Below, one piece after another: positions 41,139 through 52,504 of a stretch of 64,000 bases of DNA (position 1 is its first letter; each line of letters opens with the position of its first letter). This DNA comes from Alphaproteobacteria bacterium (GTDB taxonomy: Bacteria > Pseudomonadota > Alphaproteobacteria > UBA828): the NCBI GenBank assembly GCA_965214705.1, contig OZ243972.1, positions 3,008,001 through 3,072,000 on the forward strand. Direction: 5' to 3'. The notes beneath the pieces are model-generated. The model did not search any database, was not told the DNA's origin, and saw only the letters and a program-made list of their open reading frames with translations. The position numbers and the translations under genes are program-made.

Positions 41139-41400
41139 GAGAGCCATCGTCAGATTGCGGACATCACTTCTGGGATGGACCCGTCCACCAAGGGCATAAC
41201 GGACACAACTGCAATGTGGGAAACATCGGGGAAGCCGTGTGAGGTTCCGTCGATGGCGATTCCTGTCCGTCGTCGATAGGGGAGGCGGAGAAGCACCGGA
41301 TCGTCGCGAAGAGTTGACTGCTTGGGGTTTCGGTCGCGCTGGTGGCGCTTCGCAACGATGTCAACGCGAACCAAGCTTTCATCTGGGGTCGTCAGTAGCG
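41135..41400 (+). pseudogene. Degenerate IS66 TnpA-like remnant
   Basis: Translation EKHRIVAKS*LLGVSVALVALRNDVNANQAFIW resembles the IS66 TnpA HTH and contains an internal stop. Confidence 0.55.
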
Positions 41401-41538
41401 CGAGCAGGGCGGTTGCGTGTCGGTGGATATCGAGCCGGATCGCCTGCCACGTCTGGGCATCTGGAACGGTCTGTTACCCTGCTGTAGCCTGCGGGCGCTG
41501 GGTGCCCCGGCCGAACCGTACTGGATTAGCAAGTCGAC

Positions 41539-44500
41539 ATGGATACGAGCGAGCAATTCTTCGAACGCCCCATCCTCAACTCGCCTTACGGGTACCCTGC
41601 GCGGCACTGGGAGCTCGACGCAAGCGGCCAGCCCACCCACCAGGTCATCAACCGACGGCGCGATGTCTCGTTCATCTCGCCGATCCCGTCGGTGAAGAAG
41701 GGCAAGGGCGCCCAACAGGCACTGATCTTCGATGAGGTGGCGCAGCGGGTTGCGACCGAGGGCCAGCAGTACGAGCTGGCGCAGACCATCAACAGTATCC
41801 GGAACGAGGTCGACCGCTGGCGCGCGCTGCCGGAACAGGGCCAGTGGCGGGTGACGCCGGAGACCGCCCGTCTGCTGCATCACTGGCGCCACCACCGCTT
41901 CAACGACATCCGCCCGTTCTTCTGCCAGGTCGAGGCCGTGGAGACGGCGATCTGGTTGACCGAGGTCGCCCCGAGCTACGGCAACGCCGGACGACGTTTC
42001 CTCGACCACCTCGAAAGGGCGAACGCGGAAGCGAACCCCGATCTTGCCCGGCTCGCCCTGAAGCTCGCCACCGGGGCCGGCAAGACCACCGTCATGGCGA
42101 TGCTCATCGCCTGGCAGACCATCAATGCCGTCCGCCGGCCGAACAGCCGACGCTTCACCCGAGGCTTCCTGGTCGTCACTCCCGGCATCACGATCAAGGA
42201 CCGCCTCCGCGTCCTCCAGCCCAACGACCCCGACAGCTACTACCAGAGCCGGGAGCTGGTGCCGGGCGACATGCTGGGCGACCTCGACCGAGCGAAAATC
42301 GTCATCACCAACTTCCACGCCTTCAAGCTCCGCGAGACGATGGATGTTTCCAGGGGCGGCCGCGCCCTCCTCCAGGGCCGCGGCCCGGAGCTGCGCTCGC
42401 TGGAAAGCGAGGGCCAGATGCTCCAGCGGGTCATGCCCGAGCTCATGGGCATGAGGAACGTGCTCGCGCTGAACGACGAGGCGCATCACTGCTACCGGGA
42501 GAAGGGGGGCGAGGACGACGAAGGCAAGCTGACGGGCGACGACCGCAAGGAGGCCGAGAAGAACCGGGAGGCGGCAAGGCTCTGGATCTCCGGGCTGGAG
42601 GCGGTCGGCCGGAAGCTCGGCCTCGCCCGCGTGATCGACCTGTCCGCGACGCCGTTCTTCCTGAGGGGCTCCGGCTACGCGGAAGGCACGCTCTTTTCCT
42701 GGACGATGAGCGACTTCTCGCTGATGGACGCGATCGAGTGCGGCATCGTCAAGCTGCCCCGCGTGCCGGTGGCCGACAACATCCCCGGCGGCGACATGCC
42801 GAAGTTCCGCAATCTGTGGGAACACATCCGCAAGGACATGCCAAAGAAGGGCCGCGGCAAGGCTTCCAACCTCGATCCCCTGAAGATTCCGGTGCCGTTG
42901 CAGACGGCCTTGGAAGCCCTCCACGGCCACTACAAGAAGACCTTCGCGCTGTGGCGGGAGGCAGGCATCGAGGCGCCCCCCTGCTTCATCGTGGTCTGCA
43001 ACAACACGTCCACCTCGAAGCTGATCTACGACTACATCGCCGGCTTCCAGCGCGAGAATCCGGACGGCTCCACGACGCTGGAGAACGGCCGCCTCGAATT
43101 GTTCAGGAACTTCGACGAGCACGGCACACCGCGCGCGCGCCCGCGCACCCTTCTGATCGACAGCGAGCAGCTCGAGTCCGGCGAAGCGCTCGACAGGAAC
43201 TTCCGCACCATGGCGGCCGACGAGATCGAGCGCTTCCGCCGCGAGATCGTGGCGCGTACCGGCGACCGGAAGCGTGCCGAGAACCTGTCCGACCAAGACC
43301 TGCTGCGCGAGGCGATGAACACCGTCGGCAAGGAGGGCCGGCTCGGCGGTGCGACACGCTGCGTCGTCTCGGTCTCGATGCTGACGGAAGGCTGGGACGC
43401 CAACACCGTTACCCACGTGCTCGGCGTGCGGGCTTTCGGCACACAGCTCCTCTGCGAGCAGGCGGTCGGCCGCTCGCTGCGCCGACAGTCGTATGAGTTG
43501 AACGACGACGGCGTCTTCTCCGTCGAGTATGCCGACGTGCTCGGTATTCCCTTCGACTTCACGGCAAAGCCAGTGGTTGCCCCGCCGCAGACGCCCCGCA
43601 AGACCGTGCAAATCAAGGCCGTCAGCCCCGAACGCGATGCCTGCGAGATCCGCTTTCCACGGGTCGCCGGCTACCGCGTCGAATTGCCGGAGGAACGCCT
43701 GCAAGCGAATTTCACTCCCGACGACACGCTGGTGCTGACTCCCGACCTTGTCGGCCCTTCCGTCACTCACAACCAGGGAATCATCGGAGAAGGCGTGGAC
43801 CTCAACCTGGTGCACACCGGCGATCTGCGGCGCTCGACCCTGCTGTTCCATCTCACTAAACGCCTGCTGGAGACCAAGTGGCGCGAACCCGGGGAGGAGC
43901 CCAAGCTGCACCTCTTCGGCCAACTCAAACGTGTGGCGCGCCAGTGGCTTGACAACCATCTTGTCTGCAAGGGCGGTACTTTCCCGGCGCAGCTCATGTA
44001 TCTGGCGCTCGCGGATAAAGCTTGCGAGTGCATCACCCGAGGCATTGTGACGCACCATGTGGTCGAGCATCCCGTGAAAGCCGTTCTCGACACGTACAAC
44101 GCGGCGGGCTCGACCGTCCACGTGCGCTTCGCCACGTCGAAGCAGACGCTGTGGAAGACGGATGCCCGCCGCTGCCACGTCAACCATGTCGTTTGCGACA
44201 GCGACTGGGAGGCCGAGTTCTGCCGCGTCGCCGAGGGACACGCCCGCGTTCGCGCCTATGTCAAAAACCACGGGCTCGGCCTGGAAGTGCCCTATCGCCA
44301 GGGTTCCGAGGCGCGCACCTACATCCCCGACTTCATCGTGCTGGTCGACGACGGGCGGGGCGAGGACGACCCGCTGCACTTGGTCGTCGAGATCAAGGGC
44401 TATCGCGGCGAGGACGCCAAGGACAAGAAGGCGACGATGGACACCTACTGGGTGCCGGGCGTAAACGCGCTCGGAACCTTCGGGCGCTGGGCGTTCGCGG

Positions 44501-44628
44501 AATTCACAGACGTCTACGAGATCGAGGCGGGGTTCGATGAGCTGATCGAGGGCTTCCTGTCCCCGGCCGCCGGCATCGACGCCACGATATCGCCGGTTGA
44601 ACCCTCCGCCGCCCCGCTACACGGGTAA
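41539..44628 (+). CDS. res: Type III restriction endonuclease Res subunit
   Basis: ATGAGKT, DEAH, SAT and EGWD helicase motifs; C-terminal YIPDF..VEIKG nuclease. Confidence 0.93.
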   Translation: MDTSEQFFERPILNSPYGYPARHWELDASGQPTHQVINRRRDVSFISPIPSVKKGKGAQQALIFDEVAQRVATEGQQYELAQTINSIRNEVDRWRALPEQGQWRVTPETARLLHHWRHHRFNDIRPFFCQVEAVETAIWLTEVAPSYGNAGRRFLDHLERANAEANPDLARLALKLATGAGKTTVMAMLIAWQTINAVRRPNSRRFTRGFLVVTPGITIKDRLRVLQPNDPDSYYQSRELVPGDMLGDLDRAKIVITNFHAFKLRETMDVSRGGRALLQGRGPELRSLESEGQMLQRVMPELMGMRNVLALNDEAHHCYREKGGEDDEGKLTGDDRKEAEKNREAARLWISGLEAVGRKLGLARVIDLSATPFFLRGSGYAEGTLFSWTMSDFSLMDAIECGIVKLPRVPVADNIPGGDMPKFRNLWEHIRKDMPKKGRGKASNLDPLKIPVPLQTALEALHGHYKKTFALWREAGIEAPPCFIVVCNNTSTSKLIYDYIAGFQRENPDGSTTLENGRLELFRNFDEHGTPRARPRTLLIDSEQLESGEALDRNFRTMAADEIERFRREIVARTGDRKRAENLSDQDLLREAMNTVGKEGRLGGATRCVVSVSMLTEGWDANTVTHVLGVRAFGTQLLCEQAVGRSLRRQSYELNDDGVFSVEYADVLGIPFDFTAKPVVAPPQTPRKTVQIKAVSPERDACEIRFPRVAGYRVELPEERLQANFTPDDTLVLTPDLVGPSVTHNQGIIGEGVDLNLVHTGDLRRSTLLFHLTKRLLETKWREPGEEPKLHLFGQLKRVARQWLDNHLVCKGGTFPAQLMYLALADKACECITRGIVTHHVVEHPVKAVLDTYNAAGSTVHVRFATSKQTLWKTDARRCHVNHVVCDSDWEAEFCRVAEGHARVRAYVKNHGLGLEVPYRQGSEARTYIPDFIVLVDDGRGEDDPLHLVVEIKGYRGEDAKDKKATMDTYWVPGVNALGTFGRWAFAEFTDVYEIEAGFDELIEGFLSPAAGIDATISPVEPSAAPLHG

Positions 44629-44648
44629 GGCATAAGGCATCGTCCAAA

Positions 44649-45125
44649 ATGGTCACGAAGCTCTATACCGAGGCGGAACTGGACGCCTTCCGGTCGATGC
44701 CCAAACGGATCGCCAACCCCCGGGCGCACTGGCTGGAAAAACCCAAGGGAAGACCCGTCCACCGGCAACGTAACTTTCAGGTCTCCGGAGAGACCGACGA
44801 GGAGGTTCGCTTCCTGATCTACCAGCGGCAAAACCTGGAAGACGAACAGGATTTCTCTTGCGGAATCGCCTACCTGCCACGTGGCGCACCGCCGCTCACG
44901 CTGGCCCGCTATAATGGGCCGAGTCACGAGCACGGCGACATCGCCTACCGCCAGCACATTCATCGTGCGTCGGAGGCAGCGCTCGCAGCGGGCAGGAAAG
45001 CGGAAGCCGACGCGACCGAGACGGGCCGGTTCGAGACCGTGGACGGCGCGCTGGCCTGTCTGACGGAGGACTTCAACGTAAGCGGCGGCGTCGTCCGGCA
45101 CGACGAACCGAGGCTGGACCTGTGA
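44649..45125 (+). CDS. His-rich hypothetical protein (DUF6978-like)
   Basis: LARYNG..H.H...H.H motif; GTGA-coupled to the next gene. Confidence 0.65.
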   Translation: MVTKLYTEAELDAFRSMPKRIANPRAHWLEKPKGRPVHRQRNFQVSGETDEEVRFLIYQRQNLEDEQDFSCGIAYLPRGAPPLTLARYNGPSHEHGDIAYRQHIHRASEAALAAGRKAEADATETGRFETVDGALACLTEDFNVSGGVVRHDEPRLDL

Positions 45126-45910
45126 CCCTCGACACGGACGCACTCAAAACGCTCCTGTGCGAACGCCTCTGCGAGGAGGTGGGAGTCGATCGGCGTCCCG
45201 ATGGTGCGCTGATGCTGCGCACGCATTTCGAGTTTCCCGATGGCGACCGCTTCCCGATACATGTCTCGGAGTCGGCATCGGGCGGTCTCCGTCTGTCGGA
45301 CCGCGGGCACACGCTGATGCATATCAGCTACGAGCACGACGTCGATTCCTTCCTGGATGGAACGCGGGGGATGATTCTCGAGCGCATCATGGGCGAGGCC
45401 GGGCTTCGCTGGGACGGCGATCGCGGTGCGCTCTGCCTCGACGCCGCGCCCGAGCGCCTGCCGGAGGCCATCTTCGCCTTCGGACAGGCGCTGACCAGGG
45501 TCTACGATCTGACGCTGCTCTCGCGTTCCAACGTCGGCTCCACTTTCTATGACGATCTGGCCGACCTCCTCTTCAGCTACGTGGACGAGGCGCAAATCGA
45601 ACGCGACTTCCGGCCGGACGTGCCCAATGCCGACGCCTATCCGGTGGACTACCGCATCGAGGGGAAGAACGACGTCCCGCTCTTTCTCTACGGCGTGCCC
45701 AACCGGGACAAGGCGCGCCTGACCACGATCATGCTGTCTCACTTCCACCGACACGATCTTCGCTTCGAGTCCATTCTCGTCTTCGAAGATCAGGCCGCGA
45801 TCCCAAGGACCGACCTTGCGAGGCTCTCGGATGTCGGCGGCGACATGATCTCGTCGCTGGCATCCCATGAAGACTTCAACCGAAAGCTCTTGCAGCGTGT
45901 CGCGGCATGA
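45122..45910 (+). CDS. DUF1828-like protein with possible C-terminal PD-(D/E)XK-like fold
   Basis: FPDGDRF..LSDRGHT N-terminal motif; YPVDYRI. Confidence 0.7.
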   Translation: MTLDTDALKTLLCERLCEEVGVDRRPDGALMLRTHFEFPDGDRFPIHVSESASGGLRLSDRGHTLMHISYEHDVDSFLDGTRGMILERIMGEAGLRWDGDRGALCLDAAPERLPEAIFAFGQALTRVYDLTLLSRSNVGSTFYDDLADLLFSYVDEAQIERDFRPDVPNADAYPVDYRIEGKNDVPLFLYGVPNRDKARLTTIMLSHFHRHDLRFESILVFEDQAAIPRTDLARLSDVGGDMISSLASHEDFNRKLLQRVAA

Positions 45911-45990
45911 CGTACCGCGACGTATCCGCCGACCGTGGTGGCTTGAGCCGTGACGCTTGAGTTCGAGACGATACTGCCGAGGAGCGGCCG

Positions 45991-46281
45991 TTGAGCAGAG
46001 ACGAAATCCTCGCGCTGCTGCGGGCGCACAAGCCGGTGCTCGAACGGCGCTTCGGCATCGTCGACCTCGCCCTTTTCGGATCGTTCGCGCGCGACAGCGC
46101 AACGGCCGGCAGCGATATCGACATTCTGGTTCGCTTCGACGGACCGGCGGATTGGCGGCGGTATTTCGGCGCCCAGTTCTATATCGAGGATTTGTGCGGC
46201 CGCTCTGTCGACCTCGTCACCGACAAGGCGCTCCGTGCCGAGCTGCGTCCCCGTGTGGAGCGGGAAGCCCTGTATGTCTGA
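45991..46281 (+). CDS. MNT minimal nucleotidyltransferase antitoxin
   Basis: FGSFARD..SDIDILV and VDLV motifs. Confidence 0.92.
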   Translation: MSRDEILALLRAHKPVLERRFGIVDLALFGSFARDSATAGSDIDILVRFDGPADWRRYFGAQFYIEDLCGRSVDLVTDKALRAELRPRVEREALYV

Positions 46282-46645
46282 GCCGGGCGACGCGCCGCGG
46301 GACTGGCACCTCCATGTCGAGGACATGATCGGCTTCTGCGAAAGGGTCCTCGAGTACACCGCCGGGCTGGACAAGGACGTGTTCGTCGCCAGCCCGATGG
46401 CCTACGACGCCACCCTGCGCAATCTCGAGCTTATCGGCGAGGCCGCGGCCCAAATCCCCGAAACGGTCCGCGACGGTCATCCGGAGATTCCGTGGCGCGC
46501 GATCATCGGGACGCGGAACCGGTTGGCCCACGCCTATCTGCACATCGACGACGACATCATCTGGACCCTGATCGTGGACGCCGTTCCGGAACTCCTTGCT
46601 GCGCTGCGAAAGATTCTGGAGACCGCCGGGAAGGAGGGCGGATAG
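46274..46645 (+). CDS. HEPN (DUF86) RNase toxin
   Basis: LELIGEAA, IPW and RNRLAHAY (RX4HXY) motifs. Confidence 0.92.
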   Translation: MSEPGDAPRDWHLHVEDMIGFCERVLEYTAGLDKDVFVASPMAYDATLRNLELIGEAAAQIPETVRDGHPEIPWRAIIGTRNRLAHAYLHIDDDIIWTLIVDAVPELLAALRKILETAGKEGG

Positions 46646-49291
46646 ATGGCGCGAACGCCGAGAAGACCCAAGTCCGTCAAGACCCTCGTTCACGACGACG
46701 CGACGCGGCGCAACATCCCGACGGCGGAATACCACCCCGTCATGGCGGAGGAGGACAAGGCGCCGATCCGCGTGGCCTACGAGCGCCGCAACCGCGATCT
46801 CGATCCGCAGCTCGTCTGGCGGGGCAAGGACCAGCAGGACGCGGCCGGTCTCGTCGTCCAGGCGCCGCCGCTCTACATCCAGGAGAAGGTGCACCCCAAG
46901 GCCCTGATCGACGACCTGCTGCGCCAGACCAGGGAACGGCGGGACGAGGAGGCGGACGATACGCCGGACCTCTTCGCCGATTTCAATGGCCTCCCTGACG
47001 GCGCCGCGCGCACCGAGTTCTATCGCCACGACGCCAACTGGTCGAACCGCATGATCCTCGGCGATGCCCTTCAGGTTATGGCGTCGCTGGCCGAGCGCGA
47101 AGGCCTGCGCGGCAAGGTGCAGTGCATCTACATCGACCCGCCCTACGGCATCCGCTTTAACTCCAACTTCCAGTGGTCCACCACCAGCCGCGACGTGAAG
47201 GACGGGAACGCCGCCCATATCACCCGCGAGCCCGAGCAGGTGAAGGCCTTTCGGGACACCTGGCGCGACGGCATCCACTCCTACCTGACCTATCTGCGCG
47301 AGCGATTGATCGTGGCGCGAGAGTTACTGACGGAGAGCGGCTCGATCTTCGTGCAGATCGGCGACGAGAACGTCCACCGTGTGCGGGCGCTGATGGATGA
47401 GGTGTTCGGCGACAAGAACTTCGTTGCGATGGTGTATTTCCAAACTGCCGCTAACCAAAATACAATGCGACTTCAGAGACTTTACGATTGCGTGCTCTGG
47501 TATTGTGGTGAGGGGAATCTGAAATATCGCGACCTATTCCGGACCCGGGAATCCCACGAAGTCGCAAATACGTTTACGGCGACGGATGACTTGTCAGGCC
47601 GCCGCTACAAGCCTTCTCAACTAAAGTCGGAAGACGACACAGGTCGCATAATAAAAGCAGGAAGAATTACTCCAAACGGACGCTATTGGCAGAGAAGAAT
47701 TGATGATTTTCCTGTTATTCGATACGATAATGTTTGGACTGGGACTGTTGAGTCCACGTTCTCGCGCGAAAAGATTTATGTTGTGCAGACTAATCGACGT
47801 GTGGTTGAGCGCTGCATCCTACTGACCACCGACCCCGGCGACCTCGTGCTGGACCCGACCTGCGGCTCTGGCACCACGGCCACCGTCGCCGAGCAATGGG
47901 GTCGGTGCTGGATCACCATCGACACCTCCCGCGTCGCACTGGCTTTGGCACGAGCGCGCGTCATGGGTGCGCGCTATCCCTGGTATCTGCTCGCCGACAG
48001 CCCGGAGGGGCAGAAGAAAGAGGCCGAGATCACGCAGAGGGCGCCGTCGAAAGCACCCACCGGCGGCGACATCCGCCAGGGCTTCGTCTACGAGCGCGTG
48101 CCGCACATCACCCTCAAATCCATCGCCAACAACGCCGAGATCGACGTGATCTGGGAGCTCTGGCAGAAGACCCTCGAGCCGCTGCGCGCCCGCCTCAACG
48201 CCGCCCTCGGCAAGAAGTGGGAGGAGTGGGAAATCCCGCGCGAGGCCGGCGAGGATTGGCCGACCGAAGCCGCCGCTGCGCACGCCGAGTGGTGGAAGGC
48301 GCGCATTGCCCGCCAGGCGGCGATCGACGCCTCCATCGCCGCCAAGGCGGACCACGAGTATCTCTACGACAGGCCCTATGTCGACAACGCGCGCATCCGT
48401 GTCGCCGGCCCCTTCACGGTCGAGAGCTTGGCGCCGCACCGCATGTTGGCAGTGGACGAGAACGACGAGCTCTTCTCTGCGCTCACCGACAAGAAGCTCG
48501 GCTACGGCGAGGCCGCGAACTTCACCGACATGATCCTGGAGAACCTCAGGACGGCGGGAGTCCAGCAGGCGCACCGGGAGGACCGCATCGAGTTCACCGC
48601 GCTCACGCCCTGGCCCGGCCACTACGTCTGCGCCGAGGGGCGCTACATCGAGGGCGGCGGCGAAGAGGGCGCCACGCGCCGCGCCGGCGTCTTCATCGGG
48701 CCGGAGTTCGGCACCGTCGCGCGGCCCGACCTGGTGGCGGCCGCGCGCGAGGCCGCCGACGCCGGCTTCGACGTGCTGATCGCCTGCGCCTTCAGCTACG
48801 ACGCCCATGCCGCCGAGTTCGAGAAGCTGGGCCGCATCCCGGTGCTCAAGGCGCGCATGAACGCCGACCTGCACATGGCCGGCGACCTCGCGAACACCGG
48901 CAAGGGCAACCTGTTCGTCATCTTCGGCGAGCCTGATATCGACATCCTGGAAGACGGCGGCGAGCATATCCGGGTGCGGATCAACGGCGTCGACGTCTTC
49001 CACCCCAATACCGGCGAGGTGCGGAGCGACGGCGCCGAGGGCATCGCCTGCTGGTTCGTGGACACCGACTACAACGAGGAGAGCTTCTTCGTCCGCCATG
49101 CCTACTTCCTCGGCGCGAACGACCCCTACAAGGCGCTCAAGACGACGCTCAAGGCCGAGATCGATCCCGACGCCTGGGCCACGCTGAACAGCGACACCTC
49201 CCGCCCCTTCCCCCGCCCCGCCTCCGGCCGCATCGCCGTCAAGGTGATCAACCACCTCGGCGACGAGGCGATGAAGGTGTTCAAGGTGTGA
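46646..49291 (+). CDS. mod: Type III RM Mod subunit, N6-adenine methyltransferase
   Basis: DPPY and DPTCGSGTT motifs (beta-class order) with a central TRD. Confidence 0.93.
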   Translation: MARTPRRPKSVKTLVHDDATRRNIPTAEYHPVMAEEDKAPIRVAYERRNRDLDPQLVWRGKDQQDAAGLVVQAPPLYIQEKVHPKALIDDLLRQTRERRDEEADDTPDLFADFNGLPDGAARTEFYRHDANWSNRMILGDALQVMASLAEREGLRGKVQCIYIDPPYGIRFNSNFQWSTTSRDVKDGNAAHITREPEQVKAFRDTWRDGIHSYLTYLRERLIVARELLTESGSIFVQIGDENVHRVRALMDEVFGDKNFVAMVYFQTAANQNTMRLQRLYDCVLWYCGEGNLKYRDLFRTRESHEVANTFTATDDLSGRRYKPSQLKSEDDTGRIIKAGRITPNGRYWQRRIDDFPVIRYDNVWTGTVESTFSREKIYVVQTNRRVVERCILLTTDPGDLVLDPTCGSGTTATVAEQWGRCWITIDTSRVALALARARVMGARYPWYLLADSPEGQKKEAEITQRAPSKAPTGGDIRQGFVYERVPHITLKSIANNAEIDVIWELWQKTLEPLRARLNAALGKKWEEWEIPREAGEDWPTEAAAAHAEWWKARIARQAAIDASIAAKADHEYLYDRPYVDNARIRVAGPFTVESLAPHRMLAVDENDELFSALTDKKLGYGEAANFTDMILENLRTAGVQQAHREDRIEFTALTPWPGHYVCAEGRYIEGGGEEGATRRAGVFIGPEFGTVARPDLVAAAREAADAGFDVLIACAFSYDAHAAEFEKLGRIPVLKARMNADLHMAGDLANTGKGNLFVIFGEPDIDILEDGGEHIRVRINGVDVFHPNTGEVRSDGAEGIACWFVDTDYNEESFFVRHAYFLGANDPYKALKTTLKAEIDPDAWATLNSDTSRPFPRPASGRIAVKVINHLGDEAMKVFKV

Positions 49292-49321
49292 AACAACCCG
49301 CCCGATCCTGGGAGAGACCCT

Positions 49322-50320
49322 GTGGCTAGTGCCGAGCACCTGAAGGCACTGCTGAAATCGCACATGGAAGGCGATGACGACCGCTTCTTCTCCGTAGCCA
49401 TGCAGGTCGCCGCCCATGAAGCGAGGTTGGGTCACGGAAAGCTCGCCCAGGAATTGCGCGCGATGATCGACGATGCCAAGAGCCTGCGCGGCGCGGGATC
49501 GCCCGTGCCGATCGGTCGACCCCGCGGCGAATTGGCAACGCTGTTGGAGGATTCGTACCCGAAATCCCAGTTGGGTGAGATGATCCTCCGCGAGGAACTC
49601 TCGGAGCAGATTCAGCGCGTCATCCGTGAGCAGCGCCATGCCGGTCGAATTCTGGAGCACGGCCTAGCGCCGCGGCGCAAGCTGCTGCTGGTGGGACCGC
49701 CCGGTACAGGCAAGACGATGACCGCCTCCGTCCTTGCCGGTGAGTTGGGCCTGCCGCTCCTCCAAGTTCGGCTTGACGGTCTCATCACCAAGTTCATGGG
49801 CGAAACGGCGGCCAAGCTCAGACAGATCTTCGACGCCACGGGACGGACGCGAGGCGTCTATTTCTTCGACGAGTTCGATGCCATCGGTTCACAACGCGGC
49901 CTCGCCAACGACGTGGGCGAAATCCGCCGGGTCCTGAACAGCTTTCTCCAAATGATCGAGCAGGACCGTTCCCACAGCCTAGTGATCGCGGCGACCAATC
50001 ATCCCGACCTACTTGACTCGGCGCTCTTCCGACGCTTCGACGACGTACTGCATTACGACCTTCCCGACCGGTCGCAGATCGTGAAATTGCTGAGAACGCG
50101 TTTGTTGGGCAGCGCCTTGAAACGAGTTCGCTGGACCAGCCTCGCGGAGACCGCGGCAGGTTTGAACTATGCCGAGGTCACGCGTGCCGCCAACGAGGTA
50201 TTGAAGGACGCGCTTATTCATCGACGCAACCGCGTTGGAGAGTCAGACATTCGAATGATGCTCGAAGAGCGCAAATCCATCGTCGACAGGCTGAACGAGA
50301 AGACTGCGAAGAGTACATAG
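49322..50320 (+). CDS. AAA+ ATPase (IetA-like)
   Basis: GPPGTGKT, FFDEFD, AATN and RRFD motifs; upstream of a subtilase. Confidence 0.9.
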   Translation: MASAEHLKALLKSHMEGDDDRFFSVAMQVAAHEARLGHGKLAQELRAMIDDAKSLRGAGSPVPIGRPRGELATLLEDSYPKSQLGEMILREELSEQIQRVIREQRHAGRILEHGLAPRRKLLLVGPPGTGKTMTASVLAGELGLPLLQVRLDGLITKFMGETAAKLRQIFDATGRTRGVYFFDEFDAIGSQRGLANDVGEIRRVLNSFLQMIEQDRSHSLVIAATNHPDLLDSALFRRFDDVLHYDLPDRSQIVKLLRTRLLGSALKRVRWTSLAETAAGLNYAEVTRAANEVLKDALIHRRNRVGESDIRMMLEERKSIVDRLNEKTAKST

Positions 50321-52504
50321 TTCAAGGGTTTTAGCTGCCCCATGTCGAATGGAACCGACGAAAGACATCGGCACTTCATCCTTGAAGGAGTGACCGAAAC
50401 GGAAGCTTTTCGCTCGCGAGGCGGAGGCGGGCGGCTACCAATTCCACCGAGAAATCGCGCTCAGCATGGAGGTGCCCTACAGCGTCAGATCGACGAGTTG
50501 CGGACCGAAGCGGAGGCCGCAAGCGAGGCTCAGCAAGAAGCTGGGCTAGAAGACGGGCTGGGGCTCCAAATCGAGTTCGAGGGTTTTCCGGAGATCGAAC
50601 TGGCGTTCGAGAGCTTGGCTAGGGAAACGCAAGGCATCGAATTACTGAACGTCCGTCAAGATGAGGACCGCACGCACGCCACCGTGTTCGTTCCCGATGG
50701 AAGACTCGATCACTTCGAAGGCCTTATCCGCGATTACCTGTCAGAGAAGCGAGACAGCATCGGACGGCCCCGCGACAACCAGCGTCTGATCGACGCCATC
50801 AGTCAAATTAGGGCCGCGAGCCTCCGGGCACTGTGGACAGACGATCAGGAAGCTTTTCCTACCGATGACGAGGAACAGTTCTGGCGGGAGGTTTGGCTAC
50901 CGGTTCGCGGGAAGCAGCAAGTCGTGGTCGAAACGTTTCGCCGACTGGCGGAAGCCCAGGGGATGGAGGCTGCGCAGGGAGAGTTGATATTTCCTGAGCG
51001 CTCTGTGCTCCTAGTTCGTGCTTCCCGCGAGCAAATGGCAAGCTCCATTCTCACGCTCAACAGTATCGCTGAGTTGCGGCGAGCCAAAGAGACGGCGAAC
51101 TTCTTCGATTCCCTTGAGCCCGAGGAGCAGCGTGAGTGGTTTGAAAACCTGCTGAATCGTACCCGATTTTCGCCCGATGGCGATGTTGTGCCCTATGTCT
51201 GTCTGCTCGACACCGGTGCAAACCGGGGTCACCCGCTTCTCGCGCCTGCGCTTGCAGTTGACGACATGCACACGGTCGAACCGGCTTGGGGAGCCGGCGA
51301 CATCCAGGGTCACGGCACTCAGATGGCGGGGTTAGCTCTTGCCGGCGATCTAACGGAGTGTCTCGACGGCAACAATCCTGTGGTAGTCGATCATCGTCTG
51401 GAATCGGTGAAGCTGCTGCCGCACGACGGGGCTGGCGGAACCGACTCCCGTCACCATGGGCTGCTCACTATTGAGGCCGTCAGCCGACCAGAAGTCACGG
51501 CACCGGCTAGACTCAGAGTCTTTGGAATGGCCGTCACAGCCCGCGACAATCGGGATCGAGGACGGCCATCCGCCTGGTCAGCAGCCTTAGATTCGCTGGC
51601 CGCTGATGTCGACGGGTACGGCGCCCGTCCACGATTGCTGGTTGTTTCCGCCGGGAATATCGAGGACCCGAACGCATGGTCGGACTACCCCGAAAGCAAC
51701 GACAGCGATGGGGTGCATGACCCGGCCCAAGCCTGGAACGTACTCACGGTCGGAGCCTTTACAGATCTCGCGCGGATCACAGAACCCGATGCACAAGACT
51801 ACACACCAATCGCGCCGGGAGGCGGTCTCAGCCCTTTCAGCACCACGTCGGTAACATGGCAACCTCAATGGCCGCTCAAGCCGGATGTAGTGCTTGAAGG
51901 GGGTAACGCGGCCATGGACTCGCTGAGCACGGTTTGGATGCCGAGTCTCAGTCTTCTGACAACCCATCATCTGCCTGCTGATCGGCTCTTGACGACAGCA
52001 AACGCCACCAGTTCGGCAACAGCGCTCGCATCTCGCCTTGCTGCCCAGGTGATGGCCGAATACCCGGATCTTTGGCCGGAGACTATTCGCGCTCTGATCG
52101 TGCATTCAGCAAAGTGGACGGGCGCCATGAAACGGATGCACCTGGCGTCAAACCCGAAGCCGTCGAAAGCTGACTATCAGAACCTGCTGAGGCGATGTGG
52201 ATTCGGGGTTCCGGATCTGGACCGCGCTCTATGGAGCGTCTCGAATTCCTTGACCATGGTCGTCCAGGAAAGATTGAACGAAGCCGCTACGCGGAGTTAG
52301 CGGCGTAGAGTTCATTCATTTCCGAGGCGTCGCGGGTGCCGTTTGTTCTGTGCGTTCGCTTCCCGGTTGCGTCAGTGGCGCTCCGCCCGTCGGGTGGCGG
52401 ATCCCCAGCAGCCTCCCGATCACCAGTGGTTAGCATCGACCCCTGCGACGGACCGTCGCCGGATCGGTCCGGCGGCGCGCCGTCGCGATCCAGGGAGATC
52501 GATA

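Noticed and set aside
20516-44379. Very long antisense ORFs (20516-24694, 26631-29786, 31697-35206, 35792-38173, 41392-44379)
   Set aside because: Shadow frames of well-supported genes in high-GC DNA, with no recognisable motifs.
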